Shown piece after piece: positions 27,662 through 36,567 of a stretch of 64,000 bases of DNA (position 1 is its first letter; each line of letters starts with the position of its first letter). A program made the position numbers and the translations under genes. The DNA comes from a virus (lineage: Duplodnaviria > Heunggongvirae > Uroviricota > Caudoviricetes): positions 16,199 to 80,198 of IMG/VR virus record IMGVR_UViG_3300028486_000080; one strand, written 5' to 3'. Below the pieces are notes generated by a model. The model was not told the DNA's origin, searched no databases, and saw only the letters and a list, made by a program, of their open reading frames with translations.

Positions 27662-27712
27662 TTAATATGTGTTAACGCCTCCACGGTTAACCGATTAACC
27701 GGGAGGCGTCAA
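27662..27712 (-). promoter_or_regulatory. promoter of the ctrA-like gene (TTGACG -35) overlapped by a 35-bp inverted repeat carrying TTAA half-sites
   Basis: ACGCCTCC(A)CGGTTAA-CCGA-TTAACCGGGAGGCGT at 27675-27709; four TTAA in 27662-27698. Confidence 0.6.
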
Positions 27713-27745
27713 CTAAATTCTTAACGGAGTTATGTTAACGTTAAC

Positions 27746-28327
27746 TTACCAGAACTGCCACCAATGTTTGTGGACATCAAACTTTGGATTCTCTGCTGGA
27801 TGGTCCTCGTGCTTGGGTTCAGGTAGAGGCGGAGCTTCTTTCTTCGCGATCTCCTCCTCGAACCACCGTGCGTTTTGCAGACAACGTGTGCGTCCAGAAG
27901 GGTGGGCACCATCAGCAGGCGCGTCACCATAATCTTCGCAGATGGGTTTCAGGTGCTCACGCTTCAGCCAACCCTCAGCCACGCCTTTCTTCACCGCGAA
28001 GTGGTCTGCCTCTGACTCATCGTCGTCAATCTCTTTCTGAAGATGCCCGCACTCGTGAGCGAACATGAACAGACGAGCTTGCCAGGGCATTTCCTTGATG
28101 TACTTCGGGTTAAGGAAGATCAGGTCTCTTCCAGCCGCTCCACCAGGGCTAGGGATGTCATAATCGATGATAACCTTAGCGCCGGGGCACCGGATCGTAA
28201 TAAGGTTATCATTGTTCGGTCCTGTGGTGTAGTGGTCTGGATACTTCTTATTCTCATCCACCACAATTTCTGCATGAGCCGCACCTATGAAGCCAAACAG
28301 GCACAGTGCGATAATAAGGCTACGCAT
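27746..28327 (-). CDS. secreted protein with HExxH zincin-like motif
   Basis: Signal peptide; FAHECGHL, ESEADHFA, HPSGRTR. Confidence 0.6.
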   Translation of the reverse strand: MRSLIIALCLFGFIGAAHAEIVVDENKKYPDHYTTGPNNDNLITIRCPGAKVIIDYDIPSPGGAAGRDLIFLNPKYIKEMPWQARLFMFAHECGHLQKEIDDDESEADHFAVKKGVAEGWLKREHLKPICEDYGDAPADGAHPSGRTRCLQNARWFEEEIAKKEAPPLPEPKHEDHPAENPKFDVHKHWWQFW

Positions 28328-28338
28328 CTTCTTCCCCC

Positions 28339-28361
28339 TTAAGGTTAATCGTTAACCTTAA
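28339..28361. promoter_or_regulatory. palindrome TTAAGGTTAA-TCG-TTAACCTTAA
   Basis: Read directly; four TTAA on a 6/7/6 lattice. Confidence 0.6.
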
Positions 28362-28389
28362 TATAGGGGGAAGAAGAGGGAAATCAACC

Positions 28390-28749
28390 CTACTCCTCCT
28401 CTATCTCTGTTAGGAATTGCTCCTTCATGTACAGGTGCGTCGCAGATATCGCGAGAGAATCCATGATGCGCTGAGCCACCTTGTGTCCCAGATAATATTG
28501 CTCTGCGTGATTATCCGTAAACTTCTTGATCGGCTTCCACACGAAGTCGGCGCAGTTGACCAGATCAGCGCATCGGTCAATACGCGTCTCGAAGACTCCC
28601 CCGTACATGCCCGACATCAAGACATTAAGCGCGCCCGCAAACACCGTTAGGCGATCCGTCTCGCTGTCACATTCTGGCATCCGGTTGAGACTGGTAATAA
28701 TCTCGTCGATGAGGTGCTGGTGCGCGACTTCCTTCTCCACCCAATCCAT
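28390..28749 (-). CDS. hypothetical protein
   Basis: 119 aa ORF, GAGG RBS. Confidence 0.6.
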   Translation of the reverse strand: MDWVEKEVAHQHLIDEIITSLNRMPECDSETDRLTVFAGALNVLMSGMYGGVFETRIDRCADLVNCADFVWKPIKKFTDNHAEQYYLGHKVAQRIMDSLAISATHLYMKEQFLTEIEEE

Positions 28750-28769
28750 TTTTTTTCCTCACATTAAGG

Positions 28770-28798
28770 TTGACGTTCGCCATCTGCTGTGCTAGAAA
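28770..28798 (+). promoter_or_regulatory. sigma70-like promoter TTGACG-N17-TAGAAA (GTGC extended -10)
   Basis: Read directly; drives the plus-strand membrane gene island. Confidence 0.5.
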
Positions 28799-28989
28799 GA
28801 AGAACAGTGCAAGTGCCTTCCTCTCCACAGGTTGAAAGGTTCATGCGCTCAAGCTCCTGTCGGCATAGGTATCCCCCCCACCTCCCCCGACAGGAGCTTT
28901 TCTTTAGGTTAAGATCACTACCCTACTCCCACGTTAGCACCCACGTGTTATCATGCGTTTGGTCCAACAAACAACTCGGGCAGGGTATC

Positions 28990-29223
28990 ATGGCTAACCT
29001 CTACACAAAGGTTGAACACAGCGTCTATCAGGCGGCAGCGCTCGGAGCCCTGGCATTCATGTTGGGGACTTACATCCATCGATATGCTGCTACGTGGTCA
29101 AACACCCACGCGGTTATTGTCAGCGTCGGCTTTATGCTGACTCTGGTTACTGGTTCGTACCTTGCGCAGAACCTCCGTGAGCTACGCGTGCTCTTGGGTG
29201 ACACCCGTGTTGAAGCTGAGTGA
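28990..29223 (+). CDS. small membrane protein
   Basis: Two hydrophobic helices; start MANLY. Confidence 0.55.
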   Translation: MANLYTKVEHSVYQAAALGALAFMLGTYIHRYAATWSNTHAVIVSVGFMLTLVTGSYLAQNLRELRVLLGDTRVEAE

Positions 29224-29443
29224 CTTCGAAAAAGGATTCTTGCTTAGCAAAATCCTTTCAGCCTTCTCCCTCATCGGCATCTTCTACTTCCAGATGGTCT
29301 GGTGGTTGGCGGTGGTGTCGATGATCGTCTACGGCTTCGTGATGGTATTCATCACGCGCGAAATTCATAGGGTATGCCATATATGGATACTAGAACGCTG
29401 GAAATACGGGATAGCGCTACGTTCATTCCGGTTGTGGCGCTAA
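29207..29443 (+). CDS. small membrane protein
   Basis: Hydrophobic helices; GTG start inferred. Confidence 0.45.
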   Translation: MLKLSDFEKGFLLSKILSAFSLIGIFYFQMVWWLAVVSMIVYGFVMVFITREIHRVCHIWILERWKYGIALRSFRLWR

Positions 29444-29718
29444 GAATGGTCTCCATAAATCCCGCAGAGCAATATCTGCTGGAACGAGCGGGATTCGTTA
29501 GCTATATCCCGCTCGTTGTGCTCATGCCCCTGGAGCATCTTTCGCGCACCAGCTATGAGTTCTTTGACCGAACGTTTGCTGTCGCGCAAGACTACATCCA
29601 GAAGAACTTCTACAACCTCAAAAACGGAGACGTGGTTGATGTCCGATACATCCTCGGAGAACAATCCGAGCCCGCCGTCAGCGAACGACTCACCGCGCCC
29701 CCGTTTGACGGAAGCTGA
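29374..29718 (+). CDS. conserved-looking phage hypothetical protein
   Basis: LEIRDSATFIP...GDVVDVRYILGE...SER pattern. Confidence 0.65.
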   Translation: MPYMDTRTLEIRDSATFIPVVALRMVSINPAEQYLLERAGFVSYIPLVVLMPLEHLSRTSYEFFDRTFAVAQDYIQKNFYNLKNGDVVDVRYILGEQSEPAVSERLTAPPFDGS

Positions 29719-29950
29719 ATCCATCTGGCGTGACTCGATCCTGACCCTGGTGTCCTGGGGCGCGCTATTCGGCTTTATTGCCGCCACGACGTTGTTCTGT
29801 CTCGTCAGTGTTCTAGTCCTGAACGACTCCAACTGGTTCATGTACACCGGAATTGTGGGTGGCGGCTTCCTGATGGCAGAGTGTGTCGGATTAATCGGTA
29901 GACGCATGCACCAAATGGGCGTGCCTATTGCAGGGAAGTATGAACCATGA
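29639..29950 (+). CDS. membrane protein
   Basis: Two TM helices; GGAG RBS before MSDTSS. Confidence 0.55.
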   Translation: MSDTSSENNPSPPSANDSPRPRLTEAESIWRDSILTLVSWGALFGFIAATTLFCLVSVLVLNDSNWFMYTGIVGGGFLMAECVGLIGRRMHQMGVPIAGKYEP

Positions 29951-30249
29951 TGAAGTATCTGACGCTTGGTTACTTTGAGAAGGTCTACCTACTGATGTCC
30001 GTGTTTAGCTCATGCGTAGCCTATCTGGCTGTCGCAAACGGACGCTCGGCTGGTGACGCGATGTTGCTTGTACTAGGAACTGGGGCGGCGTCGATCATCG
30101 GGGCGCGTATCGCCATCGACTTGATCAAATATTACCTCATTGATCGCACGCTGACGAGCCTGGAAAAGGCTCTGGATAACTGCGCCGCTATTGAGCTAGC
30201 TGCTCAGCCTTTGGAGGATAACGCGACCAATCCGACTTCGGCGCCTTAG
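29947..30249 (+). CDS. membrane protein
   Basis: Two TM helices; ATGA coupling. Confidence 0.55.
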   Translation: MMKYLTLGYFEKVYLLMSVFSSCVAYLAVANGRSAGDAMLLVLGTGAASIIGARIAIDLIKYYLIDRTLTSLEKALDNCAAIELAAQPLEDNATNPTSAP

Positions 30250-30475
30250 CCAAGGTATCCAGTAAGTCTGCCTCAAATGCGATGTTGCCTGCATCGTCAT
30301 AGACGCGAATCGTGCCTTCCTCTAAGTCGATGCTGATGTCGTTCATCGGTAGCTCGACACCAGGGGAGGGCACGAAGTCGTATAGGACTAGCGCGAACGT
30401 GTCCGCCTGATCCCAGCCTGAAGCCTTACCTATAAGGCGTCCGCAGATCGTCCAGTCGTGGCGCTCGATGTTCAT
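30188..30475 (-). CDS. hypothetical protein
   Basis: Coupled ORF. Confidence 0.55.
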   Translation of the reverse strand: MNIERHDWTICGRLIGKASGWDQADTFALVLYDFVPSPGVELPMNDISIDLEEGTIRVYDDAGNIAFEADLLDTLAKAPKSDWSRYPPKAEQLAQ

Positions 30476-30738
30476 TTCACCAACCTCTTGCTGAATTCAC
30501 TGTTCAGGATGCCGACGATACGCTGCGCCTCATCGTCATCCACGATTAGGCTGCGCCCATCGCTGAAAGCAATCTCGATCTCGCCCGGTTTGTTGTAGAA
30601 GTTAATAATTAAGGACACCGGCTCAACTAACCGGAGCCTGATACGAAGCGTCCACTCGCGCCAGCGATCCAGGTAATCTGGATCGTCAGGCGCGGGTGGA
30701 GGTAACTCCTGGAAGAGCGTATTAAGGTCTTCTACCAT
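30472..30738 (-). CDS. hypothetical protein
   Basis: Coupled ORF. Confidence 0.55.
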   Translation of the reverse strand: MVEDLNTLFQELPPPAPDDPDYLDRWREWTLRIRLRLVEPVSLIINFYNKPGEIEIAFSDGRSLIVDDDEAQRIVGILNSEFSKRLVK

Positions 30739-30760
30739 TTGGGTAGATTAACCTTAAACC

Positions 30761-30952
30761 TTAGCTCAGGTCAAGGATTTTCTTTCGGGCGATAGCCGTA
30801 AGATCGTCCCAGCACCACAGGAAAGCGGATACCGCGCCTGCGGCACACAAAGAGAGGGATACACCAAACGGTATACCATATAGGTAGGCTAGGAGGGGAC
30901 CAAGGAACATGGCAGTGTACGATGCGATTTTGGCGGGGGTGAAGAAGTCCAT
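30761..30952 (-). CDS. small membrane protein
   Basis: Start MDFFTPAK, two TM helices. Confidence 0.5.
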   Translation of the reverse strand: MDFFTPAKIASYTAMFLGPLLAYLYGIPFGVSLSLCAAGAVSAFLWCWDDLTAIARKKILDLS

Positions 30953-30962
30953 AACGGTTGCC

Positions 30963-31517
30963 TCAATGTTGCATTGACTTCGGGGGGGCGTCTGCCATAT
31001 CCCGAGATACTTGCGCCGCCTTATCAAGCTGCTCCTGGCGCATCTTTTGTTCGATGGCGTCGGCGGCATTACGCAGAGCATCCACTGTCTCTTGCGATCC
31101 ATGGATACCCTCACCAAGAAGGCAATTACGCCCTAACTTGTCGCCCATCACAGCGACAACCCAATTAATACTATCGGGCGGGATTTTTTCAAGCTCAGCC
31201 TTGAAGGCGCGCATTTCATCACCAGGACCGCGCCCTTTGCGCTCTACCGCGATGATCCCCTCTTTGAGTTCTTCAAACGGATCATTCGGTACAGTGCGTT
31301 CCTCCGCTTCGACGTTGCCGGGCATCAACTTGTCGAGCATAGCACGTTGCTTGATGCGTGCAGACGCGGTGTTGATTGCGCCAGCGATATCCTTAAGCAC
31401 AGAAAAAACGGCAACAGGATAGTCGCTAGGATTGTTGTACTTTGCGGTTACTAGACTGATGGCGGACGCCACCTCGATAAGGGCAAAGCGCATGCCGCGT
31501 GTGAAGTCAGTTGACAA
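30963..31517 (-). CDS. hypothetical protein
   Basis: 184 aa ORF, GGAG RBS. Confidence 0.6.
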   Translation of the reverse strand: MSTDFTRGMRFALIEVASAISLVTAKYNNPSDYPVAVFSVLKDIAGAINTASARIKQRAMLDKLMPGNVEAEERTVPNDPFEELKEGIIAVERKGRGPGDEMRAFKAELEKIPPDSINWVVAVMGDKLGRNCLLGEGIHGSQETVDALRNAADAIEQKMRQEQLDKAAQVSRDMADAPPKSMQH

Positions 31518-31872
31518 GGGTAGACTCCTTCGCCTTTTGGGCAGCCGCCCATTTCATGACAGATTCCAGCGCCTCTTTAACGTCGCGCTGGCACTTCTCG
31601 ACTACCACATCTTGGAGGCTGTCGCGCACAGTGCTCGGGAACACCGTCATGAAGGTTGAGCCTAGCATGGTGCAGCAGATCGCCTGCACCGCCATCATAA
31701 CCTCCACAGGGCTAGACCGCCCGCGCTCGTTCTCTAACCAAGTCTTGAACGGCTCAGCAATCGCTTTGCCCAGACGACCCTGCGCCGCCAACATCGGGTC
31801 ATTAGACATCGACAGATCATGAAAACGCATGATCAAAGATTCGATGTTGAAGGTAGCCTCACACTCCATCAC
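31507..31872 (-). CDS. hypothetical protein
   Basis: Coupled ORF. Confidence 0.6.
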   Translation of the reverse strand: MMECEATFNIESLIMRFHDLSMSNDPMLAAQGRLGKAIAEPFKTWLENERGRSSPVEVMMAVQAICCTMLGSTFMTVFPSTVRDSLQDVVVEKCQRDVKEALESVMKWAAAQKAKESTLVN

Positions 31873-32486
31873 AGTGCTCCCTCAAATTGTTGCGCCGCGG
31901 TGCCTCCTGTAGGGATGGGTACCTTGCCGCCGTGCGCCACGTATGAGCGGATGCGCTTGGCTACGGCGCCTGGATCATTACGCTCATTCTCATAATATCC
32001 AAGAGGACCGAACAGATATATGGCGTCGTTGAAGCCGATGTTGAAGAACCGTGCCAGGGCGGTGTAGCCGGTGTAGTTCTCGAACGTTGGGTGAGCATAC
32101 GAGGTGCCGAATTTCTTTGGTAGGAATCGCCCAAGCCATTCACGTCCTGGGTCTCGATCTTCCTCACGCTTGTCGCGATCCGTAAGGACCAACCCTGAAG
32201 CGTTGAACTCAGGTAACGTGGCAGCAACAGCGCCAGCGCTCATCACGCAGAACTGAGTGGGCTCAACCACGAGGTAACCGAATCCATATGTCTGGTCTGA
32301 AGCACGCTTGAACGCAGGATGAAACCGATGCTTCTTATCCAAGGCGTCGAATGCTACTACCCGCTCGGTTTGCGAAGTTGCCACGCTTGCCCCTTGATAT
32401 GTGGACGCCCACACATCACACTCGTATCGCGCGCGTGGCGTCTGTTCCAGGGCAACGCATAACTTAAGAAGGTCAGCTTTGTTCAT
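31869..32486 (-). CDS. hypothetical phage protein
   Basis: 205 aa; CVMSAG and ALARFFNI...AIYLF pattern. Confidence 0.6.
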   Translation of the reverse strand: MNKADLLKLCVALEQTPRARYECDVWASTYQGASVATSQTERVVAFDALDKKHRFHPAFKRASDQTYGFGYLVVEPTQFCVMSAGAVAATLPEFNASGLVLTDRDKREEDRDPGREWLGRFLPKKFGTSYAHPTFENYTGYTALARFFNIGFNDAIYLFGPLGYYENERNDPGAVAKRIRSYVAHGGKVPIPTGGTAAQQFEGAL

Positions 32487-32733
32487 CTAGATCACCCTTA
32501 CGGTAGTTCTCCAAGAATCTACGAGCTTGTGGAGAATCCACTTGCTTGGCGAACTCTGTGACGCGTTTGGCAACGCGTCGCCTTATCTCCCATAGCTCGT
32601 CACTTGTAATCTTTTCTTCAGCGAATGCGCGCGCGGCGGAAGCCAATTCATCCATTGCCTCCAAACATACCCTAGATTCTAGTTCTGCCGTGCTGCCCGC
32701 ATTGCGCTCTTGCAGAAACTTGAGGCAGATCAC
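32473..32733 (-). CDS. hypothetical protein
   Basis: Coupled ORF. Confidence 0.55.
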   Translation of the reverse strand: MICLKFLQERNAGSTAELESRVCLEAMDELASAARAFAEEKITSDELWEIRRRVAKRVTEFAKQVDSPQARRFLENYRKGDLDEQS

Positions 32734-33038
32734 TCTTCTGCCTCCTCATCGTCTTCCTCAGGTAAGTCGATCTCACCCATGATACGTGTCATGGTGCGGA
32801 TATTGAGCTTACCCGTGTCGGGTTCTTCCATCTTGTATATCGCGCGACCATTAGTGACGCTGAAGTACATCTTACCATCATACTCCACCGCTATCGGATT
32901 GCCTTGAAGGCAGCGCAGCAGATCAAGGTTGATCACAGCGACGGCAGGCCAGTCGTCTACCACCTCAACAACCCCACGGTCGAGTGTGGAGTCGAAGACC
33001 GAGTGGAAGATGATCGGCTTAGGAGAAAAGAAGCTCAT
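32730..33038 (-). CDS. hypothetical protein
   Basis: GAGGAG RBS before MSFFSPK. Confidence 0.55.
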   Translation of the reverse strand: MSFFSPKPIIFHSVFDSTLDRGVVEVVDDWPAVAVINLDLLRCLQGNPIAVEYDGKMYFSVTNGRAIYKMEEPDTGKLNIRTMTRIMGEIDLPEEDDEEAEE

Positions 33039-33189
33039 AGTTGCACTCCTCGCTGCCGCCACCCAAGAGGAGTGAACTACCTGGGTGGCGGAGCCTCAAC
33101 GAAAGGACCACGGTGCCAAAGCAGCGCAGCCCCCGGAGGATATCCGAGGGCTGCGGCGGTGCACACAGTTTAATACTCTTGAGGTTAAT

Positions 33190-33411
33190 CTACTCACACG
33201 GAAGGTGTGTAGGCACTGTAGCTGGGTTGTTGTCGCGCGCTGACTGCGCTGAAGCTATTGCTCCAGCTACGATCTCTTCCCAACGCGCACGAATCTCGAC
33301 ATGTGTCTCGATGTCCAACTCATCCCACAAATCTCCGAGACCCTTTCGCCCCCGGATGTCGTCGATTATATCATCGACTGCGTTACCTACGATCTGTGCG
33401 TTGACGCTCAT
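33190..33411 (-). CDS. hypothetical protein
   Basis: IIDDIRGRKGLGDLWDELD pattern. Confidence 0.6.
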   Translation of the reverse strand: MSVNAQIVGNAVDDIIDDIRGRKGLGDLWDELDIETHVEIRARWEEIVAGAIASAQSARDNNPATVPTHLPCE

Positions 33412-33635
33412 GCGTAATAAGCTCCTACGGTTTGACCATTCTGCATCACGTAGACGCGTGAGCCAGGGGCCATGATGATCGTGCTGACGATACCTGGGTG
33501 GTCAGCTACGCCCAGGGAAATTGTGGGCTCTCCCTCACCTTTTGGGTGGTGTCTGCCCGGCGAATACAGCGCAGTGTAGCATGGGATAAGCTGCTCTATA
33601 CCGTTATCGGTAATGTATTTGACGCATAGTTCCAT
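33408..33635 (-). CDS. hypothetical protein
   Basis: AGGAG RBS; VYVMQNGQTVGAY end. Confidence 0.55.
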   Translation of the reverse strand: MELCVKYITDNGIEQLIPCYTALYSPGRHHPKGEGEPTISLGVADHPGIVSTIIMAPGSRVYVMQNGQTVGAYYA

Positions 33636-33699
33636 CGTCTTTCTCCTATTAAGGTTTACTTACTGGTGTGTTAACCTTAACTCAGGAGGGAATATACTG

Positions 33700-34017
33700 T
33701 CAACGGAAAAAGTGACGCCGTAACTCATGACCCTGTTGGTTGCACTTCGAGCATGGATGCCCATCTTCGGCGTCGCCGTCGTGGCGCACGAAGTCACGAA
33801 GCTCCGCCTTAAGGCTGGTCAACTCCTTCACCGCAGTCTTGCCGATGACCTTCTCTTCCAAAGCGTCAAGCCGCTCCAGCATCAGCCAATAGGCATCGAA
33901 GAATCTCTTAGGGTCTTTGCTCATGATCTCTTGCTGCATGGCAAGCCCACGCAGGCGATCACGCTCGTAAGCCTCTTCGGCTTCTTTCTCCGCCCACCAC
34001 TTCTGTCCGCAACTCAT
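33700..34017 (-). CDS. hypothetical protein
   Basis: Coupled ORF. Confidence 0.55.
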   Translation of the reverse strand: MSCGQKWWAEKEAEEAYERDRLRGLAMQQEIMSKDPKRFFDAYWLMLERLDALEEKVIGKTAVKELTSLKAELRDFVRHDGDAEDGHPCSKCNQQGHELRRHFFR

Positions 34018-34289
34018 ACTGCATGACGCAGAGTCTTGCGTCCCTTCCGTGGATCAAAGGAGTAACCGGTACGACGAAGTTTGTGGTCCTGCACCTCGCC
34101 ATCAGCGCTGGTCCAGTAGACATCCTTCTGTTGCCACCAGACTTTATCTAGTGCCTGGATGCGGATGCCGTCTTCGCGCGGCATATAGATCGCAGCTTCA
34201 TCGCCGTTGCGGTCGCACACCCAGACGCGCCACATCTTCTCGCCCTTGACGGTGACTTCCGCACTCTCGATCACTATGCCGCCGATCAT
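34014..34289 (-). CDS. hypothetical protein
   Basis: Coupled ORF, GGAG RBS. Confidence 0.6.
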   Translation of the reverse strand: MIGGIVIESAEVTVKGEKMWRVWVCDRNGDEAAIYMPREDGIRIQALDKVWWQQKDVYWTSADGEVQDHKLRRTGYSFDPRKGRKTLRHAV

Positions 34290-34474
34290 TTCTTCGCTCC
34301 CTTGGTCTTCTTAGCCATGATCCACCAAGTGTTGGGTCTAAGGTTGAGCGAGAATACGCACCATGTATTAGGATCGAGCATGTTAGTTGCCCAGCCGATA
34401 GCTTCACTCTCAGTCGAGAAAGAGCCATAACTGGTGAAGCCGTTCATATAATCGTTGGATTGGATGTCGCTCAT
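34286..34474 (-). CDS. hypothetical protein
   Basis: First gene after the promoter at 34479-34509. Confidence 0.5.
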   Translation of the reverse strand: MSDIQSNDYMNGFTSYGSFSTESEAIGWATNMLDPNTWCVFSLNLRPNTWWIMAKKTKGAKK

Positions 34475-34478
34475 CTAG

Positions 34479-34509
34479 TAACCTTACCGCGGTAAGGTTA
34501 TCGCGTCAA
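34479..34509 (-). promoter_or_regulatory. sigma70 promoter TTGACG-N17-TAAGGT containing the perfect 22-bp palindrome TAACCTTACCGCGGTAAGGTTA
   Basis: Read directly. Confidence 0.7.
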
Positions 34510-34518
34510 GCGGATCAT

Positions 34519-34552
34519 AAAAAAAAACCAGACAGGCGGTCCCGTCTGGTTT
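34519..34552 (-). terminator. intrinsic terminator
   Basis: AAACCAGAC...GTCTGGTTT stem plus T run. Confidence 0.65.
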
Positions 34553-34614
34553 CTCTTAGGCTGGAGGGTTCTCCCACTCCTGTAGTAGCCGCGCTATCTT
34601 GCGCTTGATCCAGT

Positions 34615-35001
34615 TCACCATGACCGGAACCGAGAGCGCGAGTCATAGTATCCCCCGTTGTACATGACATGCGGCTCGTCGTATTCACGCGCCATGCGCG
34701 CTGCCCGGTGTTCATAGCTGGAAGCAAACGGGTTGTAACCCCCTAGTTGTCCAACGTTGCGTCCTCGGGGATAGTGCTTCTTCGCATAGGCGTAGGGCGT
34801 GCCGGGGCGAACGCCATACTCATACGCCTGTGCGGGCACCGAGCGCAACAGCGCTACGGTTGAGAGAAGGATCAGCGCAAGCGCTGTCCAACGGACATCG
34901 ATCATGGCTAGTAGGGCTCCTATGAGGATCATCCACAAGAACGGTTGAGGGATCGCCGCAAAGGCTGCCAGGATCGGAGAGGATGCGATCAGTTCATCCA
35001 T
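34615..35001 (-). CDS. membrane-anchored hypothetical protein
   Basis: Two N-terminal TM helices, Tyr-rich tail. Confidence 0.6.
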   Translation of the reverse strand: MDELIASSPILAAFAAIPQPFLWMILIGALLAMIDVRWTALALILLSTVALLRSVPAQAYEYGVRPGTPYAYAKKHYPRGRNVGQLGGYNPFASSYEHRAARMAREYDEPHVMYNGGYYDSRSRFRSW

Positions 35002-35021
35002 TGAGGTTACTCCAAAGTAAA

Positions 35022-35055
35022 AAGCCGTCCCAGGTTGTTACACCTGGGACGGCTT
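35022..35055 (-). terminator. intrinsic terminator after the Dam-like gene
   Basis: 13-bp stem AAGCCGTCCCAGG...CCTGGGACGGCTT plus TTT. Confidence 0.7.
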
Positions 35056-35093
35056 ATGCCACAGTATGAGTTGTGGTGTGGCTGCAATTATGA

Positions 35094-35126
35094 GTTAACC
35101 TTAACACTGGTAAGGTTAACTGTCAA
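35094..35126 (-). promoter_or_regulatory. sigma70 promoter TTGACA-N17-TAAGGT with inverted repeat GTTAACCTTA-N7-TAAGGTTAAC
   Basis: Read directly. Confidence 0.7.
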
Positions 35127-35929
35127 GCCGTAATCAGATACTCCTTGGTCTTTTTGTTTTGTGTCTTCTTACCGCTGATCGTGTGAGTAGCCGCTAGATT
35201 ATGAAAGGTGAACCCGGCGTAAAGTTCCTCTACTTCGTCGCATACATCGTAGCTGAGTAGAAACGGGATTTTGTTTGCGGAAAGCTCCCGCAAAACATCC
35301 CGTAGGCGTGTATGGTCTTCTAGCGACATTAACTGGTGGGACTTTGTGTACAGGTCTCCTCCCTTCTTAATATACGGAGGATCGAGATAAACGAAATCAC
35401 CCTGTCCAGCGCAGGGTAACACCTCGGAGAAGTCCACGTTGCGTACGACTACCCGGTCTCGATATCGGCGTAAATCGTTGGCTTCCGCTATAAGGCGTGG
35501 AGCATTGTATCGGCAGTCCACGGTCCACTTACCTGTCTGAGCATTGCCGCCTATCTTGCCAGATGACATGATGCCAGAGAAAGTGGTGCGGTTAAAGAAT
35601 ATGGCATAGAATGCCCGATCCACTATACTGACAGGTTTAGTCTCTCGCATGGTGTCAAATTGTTTGGCAGTAGGACGACAGTCCATAAGATCAATAAGGT
35701 TTTCGTAATCCCTATCGCTAGCGCCGAACAATACTTTCCAAAAAGCCGATACAAACGGATCGATGTCATTTATCGATGCACGTTGGACAAGGTTGTTACG
35801 CAGCATATACGTGAATACGCTCCCTCCCCCGACAAAGGGCTCATACAATGTATGAGCCCCTGCCGGTACAAACGGCGTGAAGTGTTTGACTAATTTACTT
35901 TTGCCGCCAGGGTATCTGAAGAGTGACAT
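35123..35929 (-). CDS. dam: Dam-family (D12 class) N6-adenine DNA methyltransferase
   Basis: FRYPGGKSKL, YEPFVGGGSV, INDID, VYLDPPY; target sequence not determinable from sequence. Confidence 0.88.
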   Translation of the reverse strand: MSLFRYPGGKSKLVKHFTPFVPAGAHTLYEPFVGGGSVFTYMLRNNLVQRASINDIDPFVSAFWKVLFGASDRDYENLIDLMDCRPTAKQFDTMRETKPVSIVDRAFYAIFFNRTTFSGIMSSGKIGGNAQTGKWTVDCRYNAPRLIAEANDLRRYRDRVVVRNVDFSEVLPCAGQGDFVYLDPPYIKKGGDLYTKSHQLMSLEDHTRLRDVLRELSANKIPFLLSYDVCDEVEELYAGFTFHNLAATHTISGKKTQNKKTKEYLITA

Positions 35930-36528
35930 GCCACCAGTTCCGATAAATCGCTTATGAAATTTGCTGGGTTCATCTTGTCGAGGTAAATCGCCAGCTTAGT
36001 TTCTCGAAGGTGCTCTAATACCGGTGGACCCATGGCGTTCATCAACTCCGATGGGTGTGCGATCATCAGGATGGTTACAGTTTTGTTTTTGAGGCTCACG
36101 TGTGTTCCAACACATGGGTGCTTAAAGAACTCTACGTCTTTGCCCCCACCGTTGAAGGATTTGATGTTGACAATCCAAGAAACTTCATCAACGGTTCCGT
36201 GATAGTTTTTTGCAGACAGGGGTATTAGCCCATCACCGGTAAAGTCTGGGTTCCAGCTTTTCTGTCGCTTATTGTAGATCGCAGCATCATATTGATAGGG
36301 TAACCCAATTGTCTGGAACCACTCACACACTGCACGCTCGGCAATCTTTGACACCTTAGCCTGCGCTAGCTTAAGGTTACGATTACCTTGATTGCGCATA
36401 GTGTATTCGTCGCTGCAACCGGACTTCATCACGGCAAGTGAGAATTTATGAGCCCACAGATGAAGCTCATCCCAATCCGTGATCAGGGGTACATTGAAGG
36501 GGTAAGTGATCGTCTGCATTTGATTCAT
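35890..36528 (-). CDS. putative PD-(D/E)xK nuclease
   Basis: KIAERAV...KSWNPDF....LSAKNY; overlaps the Dam-like gene start. Confidence 0.45.
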   Translation of the reverse strand: MNQMQTITYPFNVPLITDWDELHLWAHKFSLAVMKSGCSDEYTMRNQGNRNLKLAQAKVSKIAERAVCEWFQTIGLPYQYDAAIYNKRQKSWNPDFTGDGLIPLSAKNYHGTVDEVSWIVNIKSFNGGGKDVEFFKHPCVGTHVSLKNKTVTILMIAHPSELMNAMGPPVLEHLRETKLAIYLDKMNPANFISDLSELVACHSSDTLAAKVN

Positions 36529-36567
36529 CCTTTTGTATGGTAACCTTAATTGGTTACAGGATTAACC

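Noticed and set aside
16237-35929. One of the three MTases as a CcrM (GANTC) ortholog
   Set aside because: None shows the beta-class DPPY-first CcrM layout; specificity cannot be read from sequence.
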